From the IMG/VR virus record IMGVR_UViG_3300008116_000076: a DNA stretch of 64,000 nt; one strand, written 5' to 3'. Numbering within the stretch: position 1 is the first letter of the stretch; each line of letters opens with the position of its first letter. Both the position numbers and the translations under genes were made by a program. The notes under the pieces are model-generated. The model worked only from the letters and a program-made list of their open reading frames with translations, was not told where the DNA came from and did no database searches. Below are positions 47,192 to 56,840 of this stretch, piece by piece. The DNA comes from a virus.

Positions 47192-48180
47192 ACTTTATAC
47201 ACAAACATTTCTGATTGAGGTTTTCTTGATTCGACAGTAGGATACATTTCCAATAGTTCTTTCAATAATGATTCCCATTGTGAACTGATTTTATTAATGT
47301 TAAATCTATTATCAGAATATGCTTTAACAAACTTCAAATAATTCTGAACTTCATCTGTATTGACTACAGTAATTGCATGTTCAAGATATTTATAGAAAAT
47401 TGCTGCATGTTTACTTGGGTCTTCGTTGAATTGATACATAGTGGTCATCATTCCAGAAGTATCACTAAGAGCCGCAAGATTAGGATGAACACACATTAAT
47501 CCGGCAGACATAGATTCAATCAGAACTCTACAAGCAGTTTCTTTCCATGTGTTAGGATAAGCCAAAATATGTGCGTTCTGAACATGCTTTCTTAATTCTT
47601 CCTGTGGTGCGAAACCATGATAAGTCATATGAGAATGATTTTTTATCTTATCATACAATGGCTCAAACTGCTTGTCAGCATCTTCCCAACCATAAATTTT
47701 AAAGGAAGAAAAGACATCAAGATGAATGTTATCATATTTTTTTGATAATGCATCAACAACAGGATAAAGAAGATTAAGTCCACGTTGTGGTGTAGAAAAG
47801 TAAATTAGATTTACTTTGTCTTTTGATTTTGGTGTAAGTTCTAAAGGTTCGAAAGGAGTTTCAATGATGTCAATCTTTTCATCTAAAGGAATACCAAGCT
47901 TAGTATGAAAATCATTTAATTGCCAATTACAATTAAATATCATCTTGTGAAATCTATTACGACTATTTTCCTCTTTTAAATGATTTAATTCTGGGTCTTC
48001 TGGTAAATCATGGCACCAATAGACACGAATCTTGTCTTCTTCAATATCTCTAAATCTTGAAGGAATAATTTGAAACTCTTTTAATAAGTCTTCTGAAACA
48101 TATTTTGCTAATGTTCTTTTGGTAATTTCTGTTCCGCCATTAGCATTCTTTGAAATTTCGTTTTCTTCAAACCCGCTCAT
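47188..48180 (-). CDS. GT-B (family 4-like) glycosyltransferase
   Basis: GGTE, STPQRGL, YPNTWKETAC..IESMSAG. Confidence 0.85.
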   Translation of the reverse strand: MSGFEENEISKNANGGTEITKRTLAKYVSEDLLKEFQIIPSRFRDIEEDKIRVYWCHDLPEDPELNHLKEENSRNRFHKMIFNCNWQLNDFHTKLGIPLDEKIDIIETPFEPLELTPKSKDKVNLIYFSTPQRGLNLLYPVVDALSKKYDNIHLDVFSSFKIYGWEDADKQFEPLYDKIKNHSHMTYHGFAPQEELRKHVQNAHILAYPNTWKETACRVLIESMSAGLMCVHPNLAALSDTSGMMTTMYQFNEDPSKHAAIFYKYLEHAITVVNTDEVQNYLKFVKAYSDNRFNINKISSQWESLLKELLEMYPTVESRKPQSEMFVYKV

Positions 48181-48706
48181 TATTTAACTCCATTATTAAT
48201 TTACATGCTTCCCATATATTCGTTTTGATATAATCAGGTTTAACTAAACCACAGTCTTCAACATGATTATTATCACTGATATATATAGTTTTTAAATTAG
48301 ATGTATTTCCAGCAATAATATCTTTACATCTATCCCCAATAAGAAAACTGGGTTCTCTATCTATTTCATATGTTCTTATTAATGCCTCTATCATTCCATT
48401 GTTTGGTTTGTAAAGAGGACTATCTTTCTTTAAAGCGTAAAGAACATGATCAATACCTACTTCATCTTCAAGGAAAGAACATATATCATCTAAATCAGTC
48501 ATCATCATTTCACCGTCCAATACACCTGGCTGGTTGGTGACAACGAAAACTTTATAACCCATTTTCTTAAATTGTTCAACAGATTCAAAAACATTAGGAA
48601 ATAAAATTAGTTCATCTAAATGCCATGGAGAGGTTAATCTTCCATCAGGTCTTTGAACCAGATGATTTATAACACCATCTTTATCTAGGAATATTGCTTT
48701 GAACAT
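48167..48706 (-). CDS. gmhB: Heptose bisphosphate phosphatase (HAD-IIIA)
   Basis: FLDKDGVIN, VTNQPG, KPNNGM, IGDR..DI.AG. Confidence 0.85.
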   Translation of the reverse strand: MFKAIFLDKDGVINHLVQRPDGRLTSPWHLDELILFPNVFESVEQFKKMGYKVFVVTNQPGVLDGEMMMTDLDDICSFLEDEVGIDHVLYALKKDSPLYKPNNGMIEALIRTYEIDREPSFLIGDRCKDIIAGNTSNLKTIYISDNNHVEDCGLVKPDYIKTNIWEACKLIMELNNERV

Positions 48707-49101
48707 CTTTTTCTCAATTCACTAGAAGAATAATTATGAACTCTATCAATAAAAATAATTTCAATACCACGTGCTATACAAACTTCTTCACCTGTGATAT
48801 TTTTATCTTTATAGTCTGATCCAATAAATCTCTTATTTACTCCAAGCGTTGCTAACATATTAACAATATCTTGTTCAGTTTCATACGGAACTATTTCATC
48901 AACAGCTTTCATAGCATTAAGCTGTTTCCATCTTTCATATACAGACTGAATTGGTTTATTCTTAGTGTCTGGGCGTTCGACTGTGGGATCAACATGTAAT
49001 CCCACAGCCAAATAATCACAGTTTCTCTTGGCTTCTTCTAGCATAGCAACATGTCCTGCATGAAGTAAATCAAAAGCGCCAAAAGTAATTCCAACTATCA
49101 T
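48685..49101 (-). CDS. Cytidylyltransferase-family nucleotidyltransferase (TagD/HldC-like)
   Basis: FDLLHAGH, GSDY, YSSSELR. Confidence 0.88.
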   Translation of the reverse strand: MIVGITFGAFDLLHAGHVAMLEEAKRNCDYLAVGLHVDPTVERPDTKNKPIQSVYERWKQLNAMKAVDEIVPYETEQDIVNMLATLGVNKRFIGSDYKDKNITGEEVCIARGIEIIFIDRVHNYSSSELRKRCSKQYS

Positions 49102-49460
49102 GCTTGCCTCTCAATATAATTATGGTTCATTCTATTCGGTAGGAAATAATCATCAATCATTGACAATACAATATTCATGTCATATGGCTTACAAGAAAAC
49201 ACATCTATATAGGCATCACCTGTGTCGTCGCAAAAATGAGCGCAAATATTACTGGTTTCAATAAGCTGAACTAACGTATATCCAGCCTTATTATCTTCTC
49301 CAAAATGAATGATTTGTGGCTCTCCGTAAGCTACCATATCAATACGCTCAACTAACTCTTTTGCGAACTTACGAATAGTTTCTGGATTTGTGACTGCTTC
49401 TCTGTTACAGTCGCCTGCATTAACTATGAGGTGATAACCCCAATAGGTGTTTTCGTTCAT
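49098..49460 (-). CDS. S-adenosylmethionine decarboxylase-like proenzyme
   Basis: WGYHLI, GYTLVQLIETSNICAHF, YIDVFSCK. Confidence 0.8.
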   Translation of the reverse strand: MNENTYWGYHLIVNAGDCNREAVTNPETIRKFAKELVERIDMVAYGEPQIIHFGEDNKAGYTLVQLIETSNICAHFCDDTGDAYIDVFSCKPYDMNIVLSMIDDYFLPNRMNHNYIERQA

Positions 49461-49479
49461 TTACTAATCCTTTACTAAA

Positions 49480-49755
49480 TTAATATTGAAGTGAATCAAG
49501 AATTTGAACATAATCAACGTGTGAAATATCAAAGTTAATCCACATATTTTTCATAATATTCCAAGCTGCAATCATGTTTGGATTGTCTTCATGATATTTT
49601 CTTTCTTCTGCCATTTCATTTAGATATGTTTTAGGCAGAAGACTTGGCATCAAAGTGCAACGGATTTCATGTTTATTTCCTGTAGTGTCCGTAAAATAAA
49701 TAGCCATTGCATTTTCACGAAGATCTTTCAGAACTGTATCACGTTCGTAAATCAT
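49480..49755 (-). CDS. Hypothetical (WYL/SH3-like) protein
   Basis: YFT..G....RCTL...W....W.NF pattern. Confidence 0.55.
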   Translation of the reverse strand: MIYERDTVLKDLRENAMAIYFTDTTGNKHEIRCTLMPSLLPKTYLNEMAEERKYHEDNPNMIAAWNIMKNMWINFDISHVDYVQILDSLQY

Positions 49756-49758
49756 ATT

Positions 49759-50037
49759 TTATGCTCCGTAATAACTATCAGTTTCTAAAAGAACTTTACG
49801 TGTATCGTTTGTCTGCTCGTTAATTTGTTGTTGAAGCTGATGAAATCCACCTATATGGAACCCATCAACAACTACTACTGGATAGCTTTTTGCTTCTGGA
49901 AATTTACTGAGAAGAATTTCTCTTGTGAAATCTTCGTCTAGTTTGTATTCAACAAAATCCTTTTTGTGAATACGAAGAAGTTGTTTTGCCTGTTCACAAA
50001 ATGAACAATTATTTTTTGAATAAATTTCAATTGCCAT
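49759..50037 (-). CDS. nrdC: Glutaredoxin
   Basis: CSFC, YPVV..DG..IGGF. Confidence 0.88.
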   Translation of the reverse strand: MAIEIYSKNNCSFCEQAKQLLRIHKKDFVEYKLDEDFTREILLSKFPEAKSYPVVVVDGFHIGGFHQLQQQINEQTNDTRKVLLETDSYYGA

Positions 50038-50161
50038 TTAAAAGTTCCTTCCAATATGCCTCAATATCTTCCTTAGAAGATGGGTCATAACCATTATCAT
50101 ACATATCAGCCATAACCAACAATTCAAGATCACTCATGGTTTTTCCTTTATTTCAGATTGA

Positions 50162-50863
50162 TTATTTAGTTTTCTTGTAACTGGCCTTGATATTCTTCTT
50201 TTCAAGAATTTCAAATCCATTCGTGAACAAATAATCCTTTTCAATCATATCATGGTCATACATCCAGATATCATCAAATACCCAAACAGCACCAACAGGT
50301 GATCTTAATGCGAAGAATGAAACTTCTTCAATCACCGCTTCATTTGTATGTGGACCATCAAAGAAAACAAATGCATATTGGTTAACATAAGTTTTCTTTT
50401 CATCATAAACAGGAACTCCATCAATGAAACGCTTGAAAAACTCATGATCTTCCAGACAGAAGAATGTGAAATTTAGTCCAGCATTGAATGCATAGTAATA
50501 AAGGGAAGGAATGATACGATTACGCATATCATTTGTATAATCAAACTTTGTGGCAAATTTAACATCCTTTGCCATGGGATCACCTTCAACTTCATATTTA
50601 CCAGGATAATGAATTGAAGCATTGATATTGGTAATGTCCAGATCAATATTACCGTAAGGATCAATACAGAACATTGGACGATTACTGTTACGGTTACTAA
50701 CAAGCGTATCAATGATCATCTTGGCAGAACCACCACGGCGTGTTCCAATCTCAACAATACCACCGGGTGTATTACCTACACTTGCAACAGCATTAACCAA
50801 AACTTCATATTCCTGTGAGTCTACTGCAAAGACTTCTTCATCACTAAATCTGATAATTGCCAT
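50162..50863 (-). CDS. Class I SAM-dependent methyltransferase
   Basis: VEIGTRRGGS, IDPY, FFDGPH, FDD. Confidence 0.8.
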   Translation of the reverse strand: MAIIRFSDEEVFAVDSQEYEVLVNAVASVGNTPGGIVEIGTRRGGSAKMIIDTLVSNRNSNRPMFCIDPYGNIDLDITNINASIHYPGKYEVEGDPMAKDVKFATKFDYTNDMRNRIIPSLYYYAFNAGLNFTFFCLEDHEFFKRFIDGVPVYDEKKTYVNQYAFVFFDGPHTNEAVIEEVSFFALRSPVGAVWVFDDIWMYDHDMIEKDYLFTNGFEILEKKNIKASYKKTK

Positions 50864-50877
50864 TTATTTCTCCATTA

Positions 50878-51111
50878 TTAAACGAAAATTTTAATCATGC
50901 CCGCTACATATATTATGAGAACAATTGTCTGAATTATGGTAAGGGATAATTTTCTCCAATGTAAGGCCATCAAAAACCATAGAAAATTACCCACCACACT
51001 CATATATATGTTAGCTGGATATATATTCCATGATGTTAGAGCAACGCCTAACATCAATGTTACTGTTGCTGACCACTCAATAAAAATCCACAACTTGGTC
51101 TGCGATACCAT
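50878..51111 (-). CDS. Small membrane protein
   Basis: Three hydrophobic helices, NIYPANI. Confidence 0.65.
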   Translation of the reverse strand: MVSQTKLWIFIEWSATVTLMLGVALTSWNIYPANIYMSVVGNFLWFLMALHWRKLSLTIIQTIVLIIYVAGMIKIFV

Positions 51112-51643
51112 ATTTTATTGCCTCCTTGGGCGTCAACCATACATCCTCTGCTGGTAATAGATATTTCTTGATTGTTGCTTCTGTCTGTCCGGTGCAACGT
51201 TTATAGTGTTCGATAATTCTTCTACTTGTATTGGTAAATTCTTTTACAGATGCCATCAATTCGTGTTCTTTACCAATAGTTCCCCAAGAAAACTGATGGG
51301 ATAGGATAGATGTATTTCTTGTAATATATCTATGACCTTTTACTCCAGCAATAAATGTCAACAATCCGCAAGAAGCAATTTCCCCCATACCATACGTATA
51401 TATAGGAACCTTAGAACCTTTCATAGTGTCAATAAGAGCAAACGCCGAAGAGACAATACCACCAGGAGAGTTAATAATCATTTTTATTTGTTTGGGTTTA
51501 TCTTTTCCAATCATAAGATTTCTGGCTATAATAAAGTTCATAGCGTCTGAACATGAAGTATTATTGAAATCTTGTGAGAAAATATAATAATGATGATCTT
51601 CTATTGCTGGAATTGTTACTGTTTTTTCTTCTTCTTTGATCAA
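51077..51643 (-). CDS. clpP: ClpP-like protease subunit
   Basis: INSPGG, IASCG, SHQ, DVWLTPKEAIKYGIAD. Confidence 0.88.
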   Translation of the reverse strand: MIKEEEKTVTIPAIEDHHYYIFSQDFNNTSCSDAMNFIIARNLMIGKDKPKQIKMIINSPGGIVSSAFALIDTMKGSKVPIYTYGMGEIASCGLLTFIAGVKGHRYITRNTSILSHQFSWGTIGKEHELMASVKEFTNTSRRIIEHYKRCTGQTEATIKKYLLPAEDVWLTPKEAIKYGIADQVVDFY

Positions 51644-51658
51644 TTAATCCTCCATGAT

Positions 51659-51688
51659 AAAAAAGGGTGGCACGGACCTGCCACCCCT
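51659..51688 (-). terminator. Rho-independent terminator
   Basis: GGGTGGCA/TGCCACCC hairpin with A-run (U-run on the minus strand). Confidence 0.7.
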
Positions 51689-51696
51689 ATACTTAG

Positions 51697-52218
51697 TTAT
51701 CTCTGAATGTGCATATGGTTGAAATGACCAGCAACACGCCAGAGAACTGTATAACCTGCTCGACGGGCAGAAGCCGCAATGCGGTCAAACTTACCTGCAT
51801 AAGCAGAACGTGCTTCAACTACGCCACGACCAACATTAATGTCAATCGCACGTCCAGCATAATGTGCCCAACCATGATGAACATGATGGACTCCTCCGAA
51901 AGCTGGATGTTCGGACACTCTTATTCCCATATTCTGTAACATATGCCCATAAGACACAATTGATCTTGAAATAGGTCCAGAATAGTTGTGAGTGTAAGTA
52001 TGATAACGGCTGTTATGATGAACAGCATGTTTTGGTAAACGTACTCGGAACTGTGGTGTCACAGACCAATTACTTCCGCCAAGTAAGTTACTGATAGGAT
52101 CAAAAGTAACTTCCTCTTGTTTTGAATACTGAGTATTCTGGCCACGAGCAGCTTCTGCTACATTGCTGAAAGCAAAAATAGCCGTTGCTGTCATCGCAGC
52201 AAAAATAATCCTCTTCAT
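51697..52218 (-). CDS. Secreted peptidase M15/Hedgehog-like Zn hydrolase
   Basis: Signal peptide MKRIIF..AEA; HYAGRAID and HMH motifs. Confidence 0.7.
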   Translation of the reverse strand: MKRIIFAAMTATAIFAFSNVAEAARGQNTQYSKQEEVTFDPISNLLGGSNWSVTPQFRVRLPKHAVHHNSRYHTYTHNYSGPISRSIVSYGHMLQNMGIRVSEHPAFGGVHHVHHGWAHYAGRAIDINVGRGVVEARSAYAGKFDRIAASARRAGYTVLWRVAGHFNHMHIQR

Positions 52219-52251
52219 GATTTTACCTTTCTTATTATGTGTAACCAACCC

Positions 52252-52605
52252 TTAACACGGATGATAATTTAGATGTGCGGTTCCTCGAAAACCAAGGGCA
52301 CGAGCCACGTTTTGATTAACGTCAATTGTTCTTCCTCTGACGAATGGCCCTCTATCGGTTACAACGGCTTCTACTGATCTACCGTTTGCAGGATTGCTGA
52401 TGCAAACTGTTGTTCCAAACGGTAGAGTTCTATGCGCCACCCCATAGTGATGGTGCATACCGGATGCTGTCCGTCCGCTCCGGTCATTATACCAAGAGGC
52501 GTTATGCCCGCCACCTTGGTGATAATTATTTATGTGCTTTGAATTATGGTTATTTACTGGTGCATTAAGTGCTAATGCACATAGAAATGGGATCAAACAA
52601 TCCAT
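52252..52605 (-). CDS. RlpA-like lytic transglycosylase (DPBB)
   Basis: ASWY, TASG, AHRTLPFGT, DRGPF..GRTIDV. Confidence 0.88.
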   Translation of the reverse strand: MDCLIPFLCALALNAPVNNHNSKHINNYHQGGGHNASWYNDRSGRTASGMHHHYGVAHRTLPFGTTVCISNPANGRSVEAVVTDRGPFVRGRTIDVNQNVARALGFRGTAHLNYHPC

Positions 52606-52624
52606 GATATATCCTTTCAGAAAA

Positions 52625-52700
52625 TGGTACTCCAGGAGGGATTTGAACCCCCGATAGATCCGTTATGAGCGGATGGCCTTAACCGCTTGGCGACTGGAGT
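52625..52700 (-). tRNA. tRNA-Met/Ile2(CAU)
   Basis: Reverse complement folds as ACTCCAG/CTGGAGT-ACCA, loop CT-CAT-AA, TTCAAAT. Confidence 0.88.
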
Positions 52701-52703
52701 GTA

Positions 52704-53162
52704 TTATGCTAGCAGTCTATCTGCAGCAATAGAAGCAGCAAATGCTTTTGGTTTTACAAAAGGAATTACATTACACATTCCCTTTATATATCCAACAGCT
52801 TCACTAATAACACAATGTGAGCCATGTTTTTCGTTTGGGTTAATGTCTAGATGAATTTCAACTTTTCTATCACCAATTGCTTCTTCTAAATCAAGAAACA
52901 TTTGTGCTGTTCTCATTACTTCATTCATGAGACGCATACGTGGTTTGTCTTTTTTCTGATCATAGTCTCTTTCAGTTTCTAATTCACCAAAAATCTTACA
53001 ACCATGTTTTCCATCATAATGAACAACTACAACAGTACAGTATTCGGCAAACCAGACATCACGTTTACGATGACGTGCTGAATCTGAACCGATGTAAATT
53101 TTAGTTGCTAATGATGTGTTGGCAATAAATTCTCTTACTTCTTCCAGATTCAGCTTTTTCAT
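52704..53162 (-). CDS. RNase H-like YkuK-family protein
   Basis: YIGSDS, RLMNEV, EIHLDIN, AASIAADR. Confidence 0.8.
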   Translation of the reverse strand: MKKLNLEEVREFIANTSLATKIYIGSDSARHRKRDVWFAEYCTVVVVHYDGKHGCKIFGELETERDYDQKKDKPRMRLMNEVMRTAQMFLDLEEAIGDRKVEIHLDINPNEKHGSHCVISEAVGYIKGMCNVIPFVKPKAFAASIAADRLLA

Positions 53163-53168
53163 TTTGTC

Positions 53169-53405
53169 CTACCTAATTTGATATACTGCTGTTCCACAGG
53201 ACTCTTTAATAACAGGTGAGTTTTCCCATGGGCGTAGCCATCCAAGATGCCATGTTCCCTTTACACAATACATCCCACGATGTACAGGAACTGACCAATC
53301 GCCCTGAAATGGTGGATCTTGAACTGGATTGTAATAAGTTCCATAAGGATCGGCTAAAGCCGTACCACTAAACAATACTGCAGCAATAATTAAAATCTTC
53401 TTCAT
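53169..53405 (-). CDS. Secreted hypothetical protein
   Basis: Signal peptide MKKILIIAAVLFSGTALA. Confidence 0.6.
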   Translation of the reverse strand: MKKILIIAAVLFSGTALADPYGTYYNPVQDPPFQGDWSVPVHRGMYCVKGTWHLGWLRPWENSPVIKESCGTAVYQIR

Positions 53406-53551
53406 ATCTGTTTCACCTTTCTATTAAAGACCGTTATATCCAATACCAGAGTGCTTTTCCTTGGAAGTCTGCTTAATTTCAAGAAGATTAATCATCTTTT
53501 TATTCAGAATAATAATATTCTCTAGTAATTCAATAATATGATATTGTTCCA

Positions 53552-53650
53552 TTACTTCCTCTTACGTCCCTTCAATCGACGTGCTTTACGCTTCTGACTT
53601 CCAACCTTACGACGACCCTTACGGGGTCTATTCTTATGGGGCCACGCCAT
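53552..53650 (-). CDS. 32-aa very basic peptide
   Basis: MAWPHKNRPRKGRRKVGSQKRKARRLKGRKRK; AAGGAG RBS. Confidence 0.6.
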   Translation of the reverse strand: MAWPHKNRPRKGRRKVGSQKRKARRLKGRKRK

Positions 53651-53757
53651 TCATATTCTCCTTCTTCATCTGACGCCAGAGGTTCTTGCCTTCAACTTTA
53701 CCAAGTTTGTTTTGAAGATTGATTAACAATTTTCTCAGTCTTTTACCACTTTTCATA

Positions 53758-54162
53758 TTATACTCCTTTTTTCAAAAAAGTCAAATGCTTTTTATGAATC
53801 TTACATGATATCCAACTATTATACCACCCATCAGATTCCAATACTTCATATTGAAACTGATACTTTGCTTCGAAATAGGACATTTCACCTTTAGAGGTGC
53901 AAAGTCTTAATATTTCTCTGTGAAATAGGTTTGGTTCCAACAGATTAACATGTTCTTTAAGTTCTTCGTTGGAACCATAATAATCTTTCCAGTCGGATTC
54001 GACTTTAGATCTTTTCTTTTTTCCTTTTACCTGTCTGGTTTTAGAAAAATAGAAATTCTTTTTACCAATATATCTTTTATTGGTTTTTAGATTGGTGATT
54101 AAATAAACAAATCCAATATAATCACCAATCTCTTTTAGTTCTTCACCTTTGTATATCCACAT
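53758..54162 (-). CDS. GIY-YIG nuclease-domain protein
   Basis: GFVYLITN..KRYIGKK, YYGS, REIL, WYN. Confidence 0.82.
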   Translation of the reverse strand: MWIYKGEELKEIGDYIGFVYLITNLKTNKRYIGKKNFYFSKTRQVKGKKKRSKVESDWKDYYGSNEELKEHVNLLEPNLFHREILRLCTSKGEMSYFEAKYQFQYEVLESDGWYNSWISCKIHKKHLTFLKKGV

Positions 54163-54373
54163 CCCGAATCTCCTTCGGGATATTTATTCTGCCAGCAGTA
54201 ATATTATTCTGCGCCCTTATATCCTTATTACTCCAAGTCCAACATTCACCAGTTTCATCTTGAAAACAAACCCAGTAAAGATCGTGTTCAAAACCATAAT
54301 CAATAAGAAAATGCGCTAGTGCTTTACCTTTTGGTGTAAGAACAGGTATGGGTGGATCTATACGAGTTACCAC
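54143..54373 (-). CDS. Hypothetical protein
   Basis: PPIPVLTPKGKALA..IDYG..W. Confidence 0.65.
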   Translation of the reverse strand: MVTRIDPPIPVLTPKGKALAHFLIDYGFEHDLYWVCFQDETGECWTWSNKDIRAQNNITAGRINIPKEIRDVDIQR

Positions 54374-54588
54374 CCATCACCGTCATCTTGAGGATACATT
54401 TCAGTCCAAACTTCATCAAACGCTTCATCAACAGATTCATAAATGTCAAAAAGTTCTGCGCCATTATCTTCAAAAATTGGAATCAATTCTCTATAAATGT
54501 CACAACGTGCTTCATAATCTGGAACATTTGCTCTAATTACTGTAGCAATCTCTTCGAATATTTGTGTACCTGCTGACCAACTTGCCAT
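54367..54588 (-). CDS. Hypothetical protein
   Basis: ORF in operon with RBS. Confidence 0.6.
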   Translation of the reverse strand: MASWSAGTQIFEEIATVIRANVPDYEARCDIYRELIPIFEDNGAELFDIYESVDEAFDEVWTEMYPQDDGDGW

Positions 54589-54957
54589 TTATTCTTCCTT
54601 CTTATTATTTTGTTGATATACCACTGAACCATAAATTTCCTCATAAGACATACCATCACTAGGACCAGGATCTTTTATTACTGATGCAGCCATAGTAGAA
54701 GACCATAAAGAGTTATATGGTTGTCCTGTATTACATGTAATCTTACCAGGACAATTGTTATGCGGACAAACATAACCCATAAGTTTTATTCTACCAAGAC
54801 CATCTGTAAAAGACATTCCACAGACTTTACATTTCTGTTCGCCATAATCGGTTGATCTTGGCCATTGTGGAGGGACCGAAAAGTCCCTCCTATTCTTTCC
54901 TATTTCAATACCATCACGGATACCTTGTTTGTATCCTTCTTTCCATTCTTCGCTCAT
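54589..54957 (-). CDS. Hypothetical protein with CxxC
   Basis: CKVCG...GYVCPHNNCP. Confidence 0.6.
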   Translation of the reverse strand: MSEEWKEGYKQGIRDGIEIGKNRRDFSVPPQWPRSTDYGEQKCKVCGMSFTDGLGRIKLMGYVCPHNNCPGKITCNTGQPYNSLWSSTMAASVIKDPGPSDGMSYEEIYGSVVYQQNNKKEE

Positions 54958-56840
54958 ATCTCACAATTTCCTGAACTGCACGCCAATGTCTGAACACCTT
55001 CTACGTTGTCATCCATTTCAATCAAATTATCCCAATCAACAGTAGTTGGAATATTTATGATTGTCTTTTCATACTCTTCTTTAGTGATAGTTTCGTAAGG
55101 TGCCTGACGATATGAACCACCATCATATGGCAAGAATGAAATACCTGAGACTTCATCAAAATGATCATAGACCCAAGCACCTACTCGTGGCCATTCTTCT
55201 TCATTCACATTAATAGTGACAGAAGGTTTATGCTCGCACCAATGACGCTGATACTTCAACCAAAGTTCTAGATGATCAATAGCTGACACATTTTCTCTTG
55301 TGATTGAAGTTTCTGGTAACTTCATTGGAAATGTAAATACCGTAGTAGAATGAGGCTTAGTAACGTCAGGCTCATGAGGAACACCTGCGTCAATAAGATG
55401 CTTCGTAAGTGGATCTTTGTTATCAGAGCGTACACGACGGTAATAATAACGGTCATGACCTGGATGAATACCGGAAGGACTAAGAACCAGTTGAGAAACT
55501 GTTCCGCTTGGTTTGACGCAGGTAATGGCCACTGACTGATTAATTCCAAGTTTTTCACTCCATTCTTTATTTGTATCAATAGAAACCTGGCGAAGTTTCT
55601 CTAATCTTGCTGGTAGTTCAGAATCATTATAATCATTCATTAATGGATTGTCATAGATACCAGTTAATGATACACCAAGCAATCTTTCTTCCTCAGTATT
55701 CTTCTGCCAAATCTTTCTTAGGTAAGGGAAATGTGTAAGAGTAGATTGAAAGGTTCCAAGAATTGTTGCAATTCTAACCTTTCTTGCAAGATCCTTTTCA
55801 GTATCAGTGCTTCGTATAACAACTTCCGTTAAATTACAAAATTGATACGGGCGAAGAATTATCTCCGAACATGGATTGGTTCCAAATTCATGAGTAGGAT
55901 CTCTTCTTCCGTTTTTCTTAGCCACTCGTTGAGATGCATCTCGACTAAAGATTCCTCGTTCTCCTGACTTGGATTCATAGAGCGAAAGCCATTCTGACAT
56001 GAACTGTCCAACATCTGGCTTTTCTGTATAGACTGCCGAATTGTTTGATAAAGCTCTTTGAACATTTGCTTCCCACCAAGCTCCTGATTTAGCATGACGC
56101 ATACGATCATCAGATAGATTGGATAGAGAAATCATTGCTGAACGACGAACGCCGCCAACTACAACTACTTCACCAATCTTACACATAATGTCATGACATT
56201 CTAGAGATGTAAGTTTGCGCCCATGTGCATTCTTGAAAATCTTAATAACAAACTTGAATAGATCGTTCAATGGTTCTGGACCAGAAGAACGCCCACCAAA
56301 TGTCTTTAGTGGAGCACCAGCAGGACGAAGCTGATTTAAATCCCACTTAGGAATTTCTCCTGCATAAAGTAGAGAGATAAGCATTCTTAATGCCTTAGAC
56401 CAACCTTCCTTACTGTCACGAACTGTAATTACAGTGTCACAATCAAAAAGTTGATCAGGAATTTCTGGTAGTTTGTTTACATACTGACGTTCAACAGAGA
56501 AACCAACACCTGTGCCATTCATAAGAATGCACATTGCTTCGTCAAATGCTTTAGGATCGTCAATGGGTAGATATGAACAGTTATAACCAGCAACATTATC
56601 ACGATCAAGAGCCTTACCAGCAGTCATCAATGCCCTCATAGAAGGCATAACTTCTAGATTATGAATAGCATTGAAGACTTCTTTCTTTAACTTTTCATCA
56701 TCAACTTTAACCTTATCAAAAATATAATCAACATAACGCTGAACAGTTTCGTGCCAATGTTCTCTTCTCTTGAGTTCTGGCACATAACGGGCATAGCGAC
56801 TTTTGTGTATGTAGGATTGGTAAACATTCATCTCAGTCAT
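54954..56840 (-). CDS. nrdJ: Class II (B12-dependent) ribonucleotide reductase
   Basis: MPSMRAL, YNCSY, GGVRRSA, TNPCSEI, CNLTEV, VKPSGTVS, C-terminal CSSGNCEI. Confidence 0.93.
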   Translation of the reverse strand: MTEMNVYQSYIHKSRYARYVPELKRREHWHETVQRYVDYIFDKVKVDDEKLKKEVFNAIHNLEVMPSMRALMTAGKALDRDNVAGYNCSYLPIDDPKAFDEAMCILMNGTGVGFSVERQYVNKLPEIPDQLFDCDTVITVRDSKEGWSKALRMLISLLYAGEIPKWDLNQLRPAGAPLKTFGGRSSGPEPLNDLFKFVIKIFKNAHGRKLTSLECHDIMCKIGEVVVVGGVRRSAMISLSNLSDDRMRHAKSGAWWEANVQRALSNNSAVYTEKPDVGQFMSEWLSLYESKSGERGIFSRDASQRVAKKNGRRDPTHEFGTNPCSEIILRPYQFCNLTEVVIRSTDTEKDLARKVRIATILGTFQSTLTHFPYLRKIWQKNTEEERLLGVSLTGIYDNPLMNDYNDSELPARLEKLRQVSIDTNKEWSEKLGINQSVAITCVKPSGTVSQLVLSPSGIHPGHDRYYYRRVRSDNKDPLTKHLIDAGVPHEPDVTKPHSTTVFTFPMKLPETSITRENVSAIDHLELWLKYQRHWCEHKPSVTINVNEEEWPRVGAWVYDHFDEVSGISFLPYDGGSYRQAPYETITKEEYEKTIINIPTTVDWDNLIEMDDNVEGVQTLACSSGNCEI

